A DNA stretch of 64,000 nucleotides from Syntrophales bacterium (GCA_036725345.1 DAIMEJ010000005.1:19717-83716); one strand, 5' to 3'; positions 1 to 9,673 are shown, numbered from the stretch's first letter. Notes: a model not told the origin generated them from the sequence alone. A program made the numbers and translations.

Positions 1-275
1 TGTACAAATGCAAGAAAAAAATTATTTTCATAACGGATCCGTGTGCCGACACGACCTGTGAGTGGTGGCTTAAAAACGAGATGTTCTGCAATTGCACCTG
101 GGTGGCGTGCAATTACGGTCCCTTCACACTTGAAGAGGTCGGTGAGATGATGGGTGTAACCCGCGAAAGAATCAGGCAGATTGAAGCGAAGGCATTGAGA
201 AAGCTGCAGCACAAAAAGAGACGTGATCAGCTGAAGGATTTTGCATCTCCGAATTACGAGAAGGAATTGCTTTGA
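1..275 (+). CDS. sigma-70 region 4-like HTH protein, C-terminal part (5' end outside window)
   Basis: Frame 3 is open from base 3. The C-terminus [27 protein letters not shown] matches the region 4.2 HTH signature of RpoD-type sigma factors. The residues before it ([23 protein letters not shown]) are Cys-rich and unlike region 4.1. Confidence 0.5.
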   Translation, partial: YKCKKKIIFITDPCADTTCEWWLKNEMFCNCTWVACNYGPFTLEEVGEMMGVTRERIRQIEAKALRKLQHKKRRDQLKDFASPNYEKELL

Positions 276-310
276 GATTCCGGGGGCGCGCCGGCTGTCG
301 ATGAACGGAA

Positions 311-356
311 AGCTTCCTCTGCTGCGGCAGGGGAGGCTTATTTTTTCTTTTTCTTC
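311..356 (+). terminator. hairpin plus T-run after the sigma-like ORF; overlaps the 3' end of the convergent crotonase gene
   Basis: AGCTTCCTCTGC-tgcg-GCAGGGGAGGCT stem (with G-U pairs) at 311-338, followed by TTATTTTTTCTTTTTC. Confidence 0.5.
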
Positions 357-1105
357 TTCATTTCTTCCAGCACTTTGTTCATGTTGTCCCTGCTCTCCGA
401 CCGGGAGAAAAGAAGTGCTGAAATCTCGAATTCATGTTCCAGGGCGGATTTCCTGTCCAGCCTGGGCACCACGTCCGAAACCTTTTTCACCGCTTCGATG
501 GCCTTCGGCAGTCTCTTGGCCAGTTCCCTTGCGATGGTCTTCGCCTCCTCCATAAAAGTATCGGGGGAAGCCACCTTGTTGACCAAGCCGATCCTCAGGG
601 CCTCTTTCGCCCCGATTGGCTCCCCGAGCATCGTAATCTCCTTCGCCTTGGCCATGCCGACGATGCGGCTGAGAGGGCCGAAGAGGGGGTTGAGCCCGAA
701 CTTGAGTTCCGGGTGACCGAAGATGGCACTTTCCGAGGCGACGATCATGTCGCAGACGCTCGCGAGGTTGAACCCGCCACCCAGGGCGATACCCCCCACC
801 GCGGCAATGACAGGCTTCGGAAATGCATATATTTTTTGAAGGTACCGGCTGACGGCTTTGAAATAATCGTCGACTTGATCCTTCGTGAGGGCCGCCATCT
901 CGTTCAAGTCCATGCCTGCCGAGAAGACGTACTCCCCCCCCGTCAACACCACCGCACGGACGGATTCGTCCCTCTCGAGTTCGATAAAGCAGGCCTCGAG
1001 CTCCTTTTTCATTTCCCTCGTCAGGGCGTTCATCTCTTTCGCGCGGTTGAGGGTCACAACGGCATAACCCTCCTGCCTGGACACAAGGACCGTCCTGTAG
1101 TTCAT
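338..1105 (-). CDS. enoyl-CoA hydratase/isomerase (crotonase family)
   Basis: 255 aa with crotonase motifs FSAGMDLNEM and GGIALGGGFNLASVCDMIVASESAIFGHPELKFGL. Confidence 0.9.
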   Translation of the reverse strand: MNYRTVLVSRQEGYAVVTLNRAKEMNALTREMKKELEACFIELERDESVRAVVLTGGEYVFSAGMDLNEMAALTKDQVDDYFKAVSRYLQKIYAFPKPVIAAVGGIALGGGFNLASVCDMIVASESAIFGHPELKFGLNPLFGPLSRIVGMAKAKEITMLGEPIGAKEALRIGLVNKVASPDTFMEEAKTIARELAKRLPKAIEAVKKVSDVVPRLDRKSALEHEFEISALLFSRSESRDNMNKVLEEMKKKKKK

Positions 1106-1121
1106 AGATATTCCAAGCCCC

Positions 1122-1406
1122 TCATTTCGGGTAATCCACGGTTTTCTTGAGTTCCTTTCCCACCTTGAAGAAGGGGAATTTCTTCACCGGGACGTCCACG
1201 CCCGTACCCGTCTTGGGGTTTCTGCCCCTGCGCGGCCGTCTCGTCCTCACGGTGAAATTGCCGAAACCCCGGATCTCGATGCGCTCACCTCGTTTCATGG
1301 CATCCGTCATTGCGTTGAACATAATATCTACGGCATAAGCCAGATCCTTTTTGGAGTAATCCCGAAGCCTCTCGTAAAGTTTTTCCGCTAAATCTTTTTT
1401 CGTCAT
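1122..1406 (-). CDS. ihfB: integration host factor beta subunit / HU-family DNA-binding protein
   Basis: 94 aa with the HU/IHF signature IEIRGFGNFTVRTRRPRRGRNPKTG. It lies downstream of cmk-rpsA, as in the classic cmk-rpsA-ihfB arrangement. Confidence 0.8.
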   Translation of the reverse strand: MTKKDLAEKLYERLRDYSKKDLAYAVDIMFNAMTDAMKRGERIEIRGFGNFTVRTRRPRRGRNPKTGTGVDVPVKKFPFFKVGKELKKTVDYPK

Positions 1407-1412
1407 TTGGAA

Positions 1413-2303
1413 TCAGTCCCCTGTCGTTTGATATAGATAACTGAAGCCAACGCCTTCTTCCATCAGCTCCCTCTTCAGGACGGACACCATTTCCTCCAGC
1501 ATGTACCTCCAGACCGTGAAGCGCTCCTCCTTCGGATAGATGAGCTCGGGTTTTCCCTCGATGCCGGTGAGCTTGGCGGCCACGTCGGCCGCAAACTCAA
1601 TGTCACCGAGATAATCCACCAGGCCGAGCTGCAGCGCCTGGCGGCCCGTCATGATGCGGCCGTCCGCGATTTCCTTCAGCTTCTCCTTCGGCAAGCCACG
1701 GCTCGTCGATACCGTGTCCAGAAACTGGTCGTGGATGTCGTCGAGCACGCCCTGGAGCAGCGCCTTCTCCTCGGGAGACATATCCCGGAACGGGGAACCG
1801 GTATCCTTGTATCGTCCGCTCTTGATGACCGACGATTTGAGTCCGATCTTCTTGAAAAGATCCTGCACGTTCGTGAAATGCATGATCACGCCGATGCTCC
1901 CCGTGACCGTTCCGGGGTTGGCCACGATCTTGTCGGCGGCGCATGCGACGTAATAGCCGCCCGAGGCCGCCATGGAACCCATGGACACAACGACCTTTTT
2001 CTTTTGCTTCACCGACTGGACCTTTTCGTAGATCTCCTGTGCCGGCGTCACGCCGCCGCCCGGGGATTCTATTCGCAGCACAATGGCCTTGATGCCCTCG
2101 TCCCTGGCGTACTTCTCGAGCTGGTTGAGAACCGCCTTGGAATCCAGGATCATCCCCTTCAGAACGACAACGCCGACCTTGTCCCTCAGGGAAAAGGCCG
2201 GTTTCTCTCCCGTCAGCGAGGCCATGCCGTAGACGAACAGAAAAAACAGGACCCCGATCAGGCAAAGCAGGAGAATCCCGAGCAGAACTGGATGTTTTCT
2301 CAT
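1413..2303 (-). CDS. sppA: signal peptide peptidase SppA (36K type)
   Basis: N-terminal TM helix, then S49 peptidase motifs (SMGSMAASGGYYVACAADKIVANPGTVTGSIGV). Confidence 0.9.
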   Translation of the reverse strand: MRKHPVLLGILLLCLIGVLFFLFVYGMASLTGEKPAFSLRDKVGVVVLKGMILDSKAVLNQLEKYARDEGIKAIVLRIESPGGGVTPAQEIYEKVQSVKQKKKVVVSMGSMAASGGYYVACAADKIVANPGTVTGSIGVIMHFTNVQDLFKKIGLKSSVIKSGRYKDTGSPFRDMSPEEKALLQGVLDDIHDQFLDTVSTSRGLPKEKLKEIADGRIMTGRQALQLGLVDYLGDIEFAADVAAKLTGIEGKPELIYPKEERFTVWRYMLEEMVSVLKRELMEEGVGFSYLYQTTGD

Positions 2304-2333
2304 GTTTGAAACCCGAAAAGCTGCGGCAGGGGC

Positions 2334-4070
2334 TTACACGTCGGTGATTTTGACGTCCGCCAGGACCTTGCCCAGATTGGAAGTGACGCTCTCTTTGTTG
2401 TTGATATACACCTTGGTCGGTGAGGATTGGTCCGTGTTCGACTCGTAATCCCGGATGCTCAAGCGGATCTTCCTGGCCTTCGGATCGACATTCTTGACCA
2501 CGGCCGTGACCGTGTCGCCCACAGCAAAGAGTTCCGAGGCCGACTTGACCCTCCTCGTGCTCAGCTCCGAAATGTGAACCAGGCCTTCGATGCCGTCTTC
2601 GACTTCCACGAAGACACCGAAATCGGTGATGTTGGTCACCTTGCCGGTGACAACGGAACCGACACCGTGCCGGATGCCGAACTCTTCCCAGGGATTGGTT
2701 TCAAGCTGCTTGATACCGAGTGAAAACTTCTCGTTCTCGGCATCCACGTTGAGGACTACGGCCTCAACCTCCTGGCCTTTCCTGTATACTTCCGACGGAT
2801 GCTTGATCCGCTGTTTCCAGGATATGTCGGATACGTGAACCAGGCCGTCGATTCCCTCTTCCACCCCGATGAAGATGCCGAAGTCGGTGACGTTTCTGAC
2901 CTTTCCCTTGATGACCGTCCCGGCGGGATATTTCTGCTTCAGCGCAATCCAGGGGTTGGGCGTTGTCTGCTTCAGGCCGAGGGAGATGCGTTTGTTTTCG
3001 GGACTGACGTCCAGAACCATGACCGATACCTGGTCCCCGACGGAAAGGACCTTCGAGGGATGTTTGATTTCCCGGGTCCAGAACATCTCGGAGACATGAA
3101 CGAGCCCCTCGACGCCCGGCTCGAGTTCCACGAAGGCGCCGTAATCCACAATGCTCACCACTTTCCCCTCGATCATGGCCCCCACGGGATAACGTTCCCG
3201 AATCGTATCCCACGGATTTGCCGACAACTGTTTGAGTCCCAGCGACACCCGCTCCTTCTCCCGGTCGAACGAGAGCACCTTGACCCTGATCTTCTCCCCG
3301 CGGTTGAAGGCGTCCGACGGGCGGGTGACCTTGCCCCAGGATATGTCGGTGATGTGAAGAAGTCCGTCGATGCCGCCCAGATCGATGAATATACCGTAAT
3401 CGGTGATGTTCTTGATGACACCCTCCATCACCTTCCCTTCCTCGATGATTTCCAGAAGCTTCTTGCGCTCCTCACCCCGCTCCGCCTCCAGGATGGCTCT
3501 TCTGGAGAGAACGACATTGTTTCGTTCACGGTCGTATTTGATGATGTTGAACAGACAGGACTGACCGACAAAGCGGTCCAGATCCTTCACGGGACGAACA
3601 TCCACCTGGGAACCGGGAAGGAACGCAGGAATGCCGATGTCCACGGAAAGACCCCCCTTGACCCGCTCGACGATGGTGCCCTTGACGGGTATATTGCTCT
3701 GGTGGGCTTGGATGATCTTGTCCCAGACTTTTATGCGAGCCGCCTTGTTTCTTGAGAGAATGAGTTCCCCTTCTTCATTTCGCCGCTCAACGAGGACTTC
3801 TATTTCGTCCCCGACTTCGACGCCCACACCCCCCTGATCGTCTTTGAATTCCACGGCCGGGATCTGACCCTCCATCTTGGATCCCACATCCACCATGACG
3901 ACATCATTGTTGATCTGAACGACGCGGCCCCTGACAATTTCCCCCCTGCGTATATCCTGAAGGCTCTGCTCATAGAGCTCCTTAAATACCATTTCCTCTT
4001 CTTTGTCCGCCGGCTTCGGCTCCTTCCCTGACGATTCCGGATTGATTTTGTTGTTGACATCGTTGACCAT
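2334..4070 (-). CDS. rpsA: 30S ribosomal protein S1
   Basis: 578 aa made of repeated S1 RNA-binding domains (G.V..I..FG.FV.L..G..GL.H.SE pattern six times). AAGGGGG RBS upstream. Confidence 0.97.
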   Translation of the reverse strand: MVNDVNNKINPESSGKEPKPADKEEEMVFKELYEQSLQDIRRGEIVRGRVVQINNDVVMVDVGSKMEGQIPAVEFKDDQGGVGVEVGDEIEVLVERRNEEGELILSRNKAARIKVWDKIIQAHQSNIPVKGTIVERVKGGLSVDIGIPAFLPGSQVDVRPVKDLDRFVGQSCLFNIIKYDRERNNVVLSRRAILEAERGEERKKLLEIIEEGKVMEGVIKNITDYGIFIDLGGIDGLLHITDISWGKVTRPSDAFNRGEKIRVKVLSFDREKERVSLGLKQLSANPWDTIRERYPVGAMIEGKVVSIVDYGAFVELEPGVEGLVHVSEMFWTREIKHPSKVLSVGDQVSVMVLDVSPENKRISLGLKQTTPNPWIALKQKYPAGTVIKGKVRNVTDFGIFIGVEEGIDGLVHVSDISWKQRIKHPSEVYRKGQEVEAVVLNVDAENEKFSLGIKQLETNPWEEFGIRHGVGSVVTGKVTNITDFGVFVEVEDGIEGLVHISELSTRRVKSASELFAVGDTVTAVVKNVDPKARKIRLSIRDYESNTDQSSPTKVYINNKESVTSNLGKVLADVKITDV

Positions 4071-4192
4071 GAAACAATACCCCCTTATTTTGAACTCGCA
4101 TCAAACCTAGAGCACGTAACACACTGATGACAAAATATCAAGCGATTTAACCTAAAATGGAAAGCCGGAATTTCTTTGCAAATTCGAGTGGT

Positions 4193-4879
4193 TCATTTTT
4201 CCCGCTCGATGATTTTCAACATTCTTTCGATCACCTCGGACGGCGTCAGGTCCGACGAATCAATCAAAATCGACCCTTCGGCGGGCCGCAAGGGAGCCAC
4301 CTCCCGATCCGTGTCCTGACGGTCCCTCCGGATCACCTCCTCGCGGACGTCCTCGAGGGGCATGCCTTGACCCTTTGCGACCAATTCCAGATATCGCCGG
4401 TGGCTGCGTTCCTCCACGCCGGCCGTCAGAAAAAATTTGAAGTCCGCAGCGGGGAAAACCACGGTTCCCATGTCCCTTCCCTCCGCCACGACGGCGCCTT
4501 TCCCGCCGGCTTTTCGCTGCAGCAGAAGAAGGGCCTTCCGAACGGCCGGAAAAGCGGAGATTTTTGACGCCATCATGCTCATTTCCGGTGTGCGGATCCG
4601 GTCCGAGACATCTTCGCCGTCCACGCAGACTTTCATGACGCCATCCTGATTCCGCACATGGATGCGGATCCGGCCGCACAGGTTTTTCAACCCGTCACCG
4701 TCGTCAGGTCGAATTCCGTTCCTGGCAGCGCTGTAGGCCACGGCCCGGTAGAGAGCCCCCGTGTCCAGATAGGCGTAAGAGAGCCTCTCCGCCAGCATCC
4801 GGCTGACGGTACTCTTTCCCGAACCGGCGGGCCCGTCCACGGTGATCACGAAGCGTCGATTCAACTCTCCGCCTCCCAC
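4193..4879 (-). CDS. cmk: cytidylate kinase
   Basis: VITVDGPAGSGKSTVSRMLAERL P-loop and LDTGALYRA motif. Located upstream of rpsA. Confidence 0.95.
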   Translation of the reverse strand: MGGGELNRRFVITVDGPAGSGKSTVSRMLAERLSYAYLDTGALYRAVAYSAARNGIRPDDGDGLKNLCGRIRIHVRNQDGVMKVCVDGEDVSDRIRTPEMSMMASKISAFPAVRKALLLLQRKAGGKGAVVAEGRDMGTVVFPAADFKFFLTAGVEERSHRRYLELVAKGQGMPLEDVREEVIRRDRQDTDREVAPLRPAEGSILIDSSDLTPSEVIERMLKIIEREK

Positions 4880-5280
4880 TCCAAATGGTCCTCAAAAGCC
4901 TTCAGAAGACCGACACGGAATCTCATGGGGCGATACAGCGCGGCGGCCAGAAGGACCCCAAGGGTGTCAAAGAGGACGTCATAGAGACTCGCGGTTCTGC
5001 CCGGCACGAAAGACTGGTGAAATTCGTCGGATGCCGCGTAGGCTGTTCCGGCGACCAGCGCAAGAAGGACCGCCCAACGCCGGATGAACCGCCCTGGAGA
5101 TGTCGCAAAGACCCTCATGATCAGGTAGCCGAAGATGAAATACTCAAGCGCGTGCAGCAGCTTGTCGGCGCCGACGACCTCCGAGAGAATTTCGGGCGTC
5201 TTTGAAAGCGATGAAAGGGCGAAGATAAGCGTCGCAAACACCACGGCGGGCAGATGATAACGGACAAACCTCTTCTTCAT
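4861..5280 (-). CDS. VanZ-like membrane protein
   Basis: 139 aa with four hydrophobic segments and a DKLLHALEYFIFGYL / DEFHQSFVPGRTAS pattern typical of the VanZ family. Overlaps the cmk start by 19 nt. Confidence 0.7.
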   Translation of the reverse strand: MKKRFVRYHLPAVVFATLIFALSSLSKTPEILSEVVGADKLLHALEYFIFGYLIMRVFATSPGRFIRRWAVLLALVAGTAYAASDEFHQSFVPGRTASLYDVLFDTLGVLLAAALYRPMRFRVGLLKAFEDHLEWEAES

Positions 5281-5314
5281 GGGTGATGATGTCGGTACCT
5301 CCGATCCGTCTGAT

Positions 5315-5893
5315 TTAAAGCGGATCCTTGGCTTTTGCCGACTTCTTTTTCTCGTCCTGTAATTTCCGGAGCCGGGTAAAAAGAGGGCCTTCCTCCCTCC
5401 ACATCCAGCAACTGTCCTTCAGGAGACCCGGGTCGTATTCGGAGGCCCGTTCACCCGTTGCGCCCTCGCGCCTCCGGCTGTGATAAGCCCAGTAGCCCTG
5501 TAGGGCTGCCGATCCCATTGCCAAAATCAGGTTCGTCAGGTGAAGACACCCCTCGACGCCGCCCAGGAGGGCCCTCACCTTCCTGGTAAATCCCGGCTTA
5601 ATCTTGAGTCCCATCAGTTTCTTCACGAAGGTTTCGATCTCGCGGCAACCGTCAATCGGGACATCGTTCATGACCGCCGTGGCCTCCTTGACCTCAAGAT
5701 CCGGCAGGGCAAGATCCAAGCGTACCGTCATCCGATGAACGATCCCCGGATCGAGATGCTGATCGCGCGAATAATAGTAAAAAGGGAAAAAACGCTCGTC
5801 GGTGAGTATACCCTCGATCTGGATCATTCCGTCATCCATTTCATAGGAATTCACGGTGATCACACGCGTGTGAATCTTTTCCTTCTTCCCCAA
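5315..5893 (-). CDS. DUF2889-like protein
   Basis: 192 aa. The motif LGGVEGCLHLTNLI and overall length resemble DUF2889, recalled from memory and not searched. Confidence 0.5.
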   Translation of the reverse strand: MGKKEKIHTRVITVNSYEMDDGMIQIEGILTDERFFPFYYYSRDQHLDPGIVHRMTVRLDLALPDLEVKEATAVMNDVPIDGCREIETFVKKLMGLKIKPGFTRKVRALLGGVEGCLHLTNLILAMGSAALQGYWAYHSRRREGATGERASEYDPGLLKDSCWMWREEGPLFTRLRKLQDEKKKSAKAKDPL

Positions 5894-6010
5894 ATCGATT
5901 CCCCTTTTCGATAAAGAAACTTGCTCTAATCATTCTGCCAATGCACCCCGCCTGCGCGGCAGCCGGGTGACCGTCCCTTTTGAACCGCCGTCCCTATAGC
6001 ACATTAATCG

Positions 6011-6038
6011 GCCCTCAACAAGAGAAAGAGGGCTTTTT
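6011..6038 (+). terminator. orphan terminator-like hairpin in a divergent intergenic region
   Basis: GCCCTC-aacaagagaaa-GAGGGC followed by TTTTT. There is no annotated plus-strand gene upstream. Confidence 0.35.
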
Positions 6039-6166
6039 GTAAACGCTCACCGGCGCAGAAATTCACGCGAATTCATATCGTTTCTCGAGGGTTACCTGTA
6101 GCACATGACCGTGACCTGTCCATGGCTGCTTGATTATAGATCAGAAATCATGGTAATAATGCCAAA

Positions 6167-7654
6167 ATGAAGTCCACCGGGAACGCCATGTGTTTCAAAA
6201 GTCGAATCACCAGATTTATTCTGGTCTTTCTTGCCTTTTGCAGTGCCGCTCTGTTTTTCCCGCTCGATGCGGGTGCGGAATTGACGCTGGAAGACGAGCG
6301 GAAACTCGGCAAGGAAATTTACGATAAGCTTGCCGGCCATGACCTTTTCCTGAAAAACCCCCGGGTGACCCGCTACGTCGAATCCGTCGGGTACCAAATC
6401 CTCGCCCAGAGCAAAAGGGTCCCCTTCGATTTTAAATTCTCCGTCATGAAGAGCAGCGCCATCAACGCCTTTGCCACCCCCGGGGGATACGTCTACGTCA
6501 ACACGGGGTTGATCCTCGTCGCGGAGAACGAGAGCGAATTCGCCAGCGTCATCGCCCATGAAATAGCCCATGCCAACGCGAGACATATCGCCGATATCAT
6601 CGAAAAATCCAAGAAGGTCAACGTTGCCACGCTGGCCGGGGTCCTCGCCGCGGCCGTCCTCGGGGGGGGAAGCCCGGAAGGCATGGCCGTCGCCACCTTC
6701 TCCCTGGCGGCGGGAACGAGCATGCAGCTCAAGTACACCCGTGACAACGAGGAAGAGGCGGACCGGTTCGGCATGGCCTACCTCACCGGCGCCGGATACG
6801 ACGCCCAGAGCATGCCGGACTTCCTGAAGGTCATGCGACGCAATGAGTTCTACTCCAATTCCATCCCTTCATACTTTCTCACCCACCCGGGGACCGACGA
6901 AAGAATCCGCTACCTGGACGGGCTGATTCAAACACGTTACAACCGGAGGGGCCACGAGGACATCATCGGGGGATTCCGTCGCATTCAGACGATCATTCGT
7001 CTTTCCGACAAAAATGAGCAATCCGCCCTGGCGTATTTCAAGAGCGAAGCGGAAAAGAACCCACGGGACGTGGATGCCCTCCTGGGTCTTGCCTCGACGC
7101 AGGCAAAACTCGGGCGGATGGATGAAGCCTTCACGAATTTCAACCGCGCCCTTCAGGTGTCGCCGAAGGATCCGGATGTGCTCCGGGGGCTCGGTAAAAG
7201 CCTCATCGATTCGGGAAGGGCCGCCGAGGCCGTGGGTGTCCTCGAGAAAGCTTACACCGTGGACGAGAATGATCTGGAAACCGCCATGGGTCTCGGACGG
7301 GCTTACGAGCAGACCGGAAACTACCAGGCGGCCCTTACCGTCTTTAAAAAAGCGGCAATAAAAAATCCCGACAATGAAAATATACCCTACCACCTTGCCA
7401 CCAATTACGGGCACCTCAATAACCCGGGAGAGTCGCACTATTTTTTCGGCATTCACTTCATGAAAAAGAAAAAAACAGACAGCGCCCTATTTCATTTCCG
7501 TGAGGCGCTCAAGTATGCTCCGCCCGGGAGCGCCAGGGCAGCGGACCTTCAGAAGTATATCGAGACGCTGAGCAAGAAAGAGCCCCCTAAGGCCGCCAAA
7601 CCGCAGGAGGGGCCTAGGAGACCGCGATTTATGTTTCCGCGCTCCACGAATTGA
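6167..7654 (+). CDS. M48-family Zn metalloprotease with C-terminal TPR repeats (BepA/YfgC-like)
   Basis: Signal peptide, HEIAHANARH (HExxH) motif and EEEADRFG, followed by TPR-like helical repeats. Confidence 0.85.
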   Translation: MKSTGNAMCFKSRITRFILVFLAFCSAALFFPLDAGAELTLEDERKLGKEIYDKLAGHDLFLKNPRVTRYVESVGYQILAQSKRVPFDFKFSVMKSSAINAFATPGGYVYVNTGLILVAENESEFASVIAHEIAHANARHIADIIEKSKKVNVATLAGVLAAAVLGGGSPEGMAVATFSLAAGTSMQLKYTRDNEEEADRFGMAYLTGAGYDAQSMPDFLKVMRRNEFYSNSIPSYFLTHPGTDERIRYLDGLIQTRYNRRGHEDIIGGFRRIQTIIRLSDKNEQSALAYFKSEAEKNPRDVDALLGLASTQAKLGRMDEAFTNFNRALQVSPKDPDVLRGLGKSLIDSGRAAEAVGVLEKAYTVDENDLETAMGLGRAYEQTGNYQAALTVFKKAAIKNPDNENIPYHLATNYGHLNNPGESHYFFGIHFMKKKKTDSALFHFREALKYAPPGSARAADLQKYIETLSKKEPPKAAKPQEGPRRPRFMFPRSTN

Positions 7655-7815
7655 AATGACCGCCTGAGAAAGATAGATTGAGTCGCTGTCTTCGAACCAC
7701 CGGCATCCGGCCGATCGGAGACAAAAAATCTTCAGGCCGGGTCAACTTTGTTGGACTTATCCGGACATTCATTGTCTGGGTACCCGGCCGGGATGATGCC
7801 ATGGGAGGTGCCAGC

Positions 7816-8277
7816 ATGAGAAATACACTGACTGTGATTCTGACCCTTTTTCTCTCGACGGGCGTCGTTTACGCGGCCGCCGGAGACATCGGTTCAGCAA
7901 AGGAAGCCAAGGCCATGGTGCAAAAGGCCGTTGCCTACCTGAAAACGAACGGTCCCGAAGCCGCCTTCCCGGCTTTCAGCGATCCGAAGGGTGAATTCTT
8001 GGACAGGGACCTCTACATCTGGGTTGCCGACGCGAATGCCGATATGACGTGCGTCGCGCACGGCGCCAGCGCTCAGCTCGTCGGGAGAACACTGCTGGAT
8101 TTCAAGGACAGCGACGGGAAGCCCTTCATGAGAGAAATCCGCGAACTCGCCAGAACAAGTGAGAGCGGTTCGGTCGATTACAAGTGGTTCCGCCCCGGGA
8201 CCGGGAAGATCGAACAGAAATCGGTCTACTTCGAAACGGTCGGCCATTACATTGTCGCCTGCGGTTACTACAAGTGA
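7816..8277 (+). CDS. periplasmic single Cache-domain protein
   Basis: Start trimmed to the ATG at 7816, which follows GGAGG. Signal peptide present, and motifs FSDPKGEF..DLYIWV....CVAHGAS..LVG and DYKW...GYYK are shared with the downstream paralog. Confidence 0.7.
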   Translation: MRNTLTVILTLFLSTGVVYAAAGDIGSAKEAKAMVQKAVAYLKTNGPEAAFPAFSDPKGEFLDRDLYIWVADANADMTCVAHGASAQLVGRTLLDFKDSDGKPFMREIRELARTSESGSVDYKWFRPGTGKIEQKSVYFETVGHYIVACGYYK

Positions 8278-8476
8278 AACTCGACCTCCAAATGGGGGAC
8301 AGGCAAAAAACAATTGACCGCCGGCGGGGACTTCATCTATAGTCGTTCCCGGGCTTGAAAAAGTCCTTGTCACCTTGAATCAAGAAGAAAGGGGGGATGG
8401 AGGCACCCGCGGGAATAACTGGGTAAAAAAATAGAAAAAACACTGCTTTTAAAAAATTTAAAATGGAGGGAGTCTG

Positions 8477-8932
8477 ATGAAGAAAGTATTTGCAGCGTTG
8501 CTGATCGTCGCACTGGTTGCCGGCTTTGCCTACGCCCAGGCCGCTAAAGGCACGGCGGCCGAGGCCAAGGCACTCCTGGACAAGGCCGTTTCATACTACA
8601 AGGCCAATGGCGAGGCGAAGGCTTTCGCCGCATTCAATGACCCCAAGGGGCAGTTTGTCAACAAGGACCTCTACATATTTGCCCTCGACATGTCCGGAAA
8701 GATCCTCGCGCACGGGGCCAGTGCAGCACTGATCGGCAAAGACATGAGCAAGACACCTGATGCCGACGGCAAGCTTTTCATGAACGAAATGGTCAACGTC
8801 GCCAAGACGAAGGGCAAGGGAACCGTCGATTACAAGTGGGAAAACAAGGTCACCAAAAAAGTGGAACCCAAATCATCCTACGTCGAGAAAGTCGCTGCCA
8901 ACGTGGTCCTCGGCTGCGGATACTACAAATAA
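8477..8932 (+). CDS. periplasmic single Cache-domain protein (paralog of 7816-8277)
   Basis: 151 aa with a signal peptide and the sCache_2-like pattern FNDPKGQFVNKDLYIFALDMSGKILAHGASAALIGKD ... DYKW ... GYYK. Confidence 0.75.
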   Translation: MKKVFAALLIVALVAGFAYAQAAKGTAAEAKALLDKAVSYYKANGEAKAFAAFNDPKGQFVNKDLYIFALDMSGKILAHGASAALIGKDMSKTPDADGKLFMNEMVNVAKTKGKGTVDYKWENKVTKKVEPKSSYVEKVAANVVLGCGYYK

Positions 8933-8959
8933 CACCCTGAGAAGCGCCTGAAACCAAAA

Positions 8960-8995
8960 GGGCCGCTCCCCGGATCGGGGGTGCGGCCCTTTTTT
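8960..8995 (+). terminator. Rho-independent terminator
   Basis: GGGCCGCtCCCCGgatCGGGGgtGCGGCCC followed by TTTTTT. Confidence 0.8.
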
Positions 8996-9042
8996 ATCCG
9001 CAAGCCCTCATCACAACGACGGGCTCCTCGGGGTGAGGGGCG

Positions 9043-9579
9043 CTACAGGTCTCCCGCCCCCTTCGTGATTTTTCTTCCCGTTTCCTTGTTCATTTTTTCC
9101 GTGATGGGTTTATAGGCGTAGAGGGCTTCCCCTTCGTTCAGCATGGTCTTGAATTCGATGGTGACCAGGACCTGCTTGCCCGACCACGCGTAAAAATCCT
9201 TACCGAAAACATTCTCGCCGTCTCCATAAACCTCGACAAATGTTTGCTTCAGGTCGAGATAATTCATCAGCCCCTTCACACGGATCGTCACCTTGAAAAA
9301 ATCATCCCGGTAAAAGCCATAGGTAATGCTTTCGATGACGGCTTTCCCGATCTTCAGCTTGTCTTCGGGCCTGACATAATACTTCTCATCTCCTTCAACC
9401 CGGACAAGTTCCATCCCCGGCAACCGGGTGATTTTTGTTCCCCACCTGATTCCCCGGAAGCCTTCCGGTTCATTCTGGAAGCTCGGCACTGGGGGAGCCT
9501 TTTGAGAACACCCGAAAACAGTCATCACCAGGAGCACCGCGATGGCGACCGCCCCTATCCTGTCTTTCACCACTGACAT
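9043..9579 (-). CDS. lipoprotein, unknown function
   Basis: Start trimmed to the ATG at 9579, preceded by GGGAGGG. Lipobox VFGC present. The longer ORF in the track runs into the tRNA-derived repeat. Confidence 0.7.
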   Translation of the reverse strand: MSVVKDRIGAVAIAVLLVMTVFGCSQKAPPVPSFQNEPEGFRGIRWGTKITRLPGMELVRVEGDEKYYVRPEDKLKIGKAVIESITYGFYRDDFFKVTIRVKGLMNYLDLKQTFVEVYGDGENVFGKDFYAWSGKQVLVTIEFKTMLNEGEALYAYKPITEKMNKETGRKITKGAGDL

Positions 9580-9673
9580 TTTTCCCTCCCGGATTTTCAA
9601 TCTTCCGACCGACAGCGGTTTCACGAATGAGACTATACACCATTGCCTTTGCAATTTCGATTCCAATAAAGAC

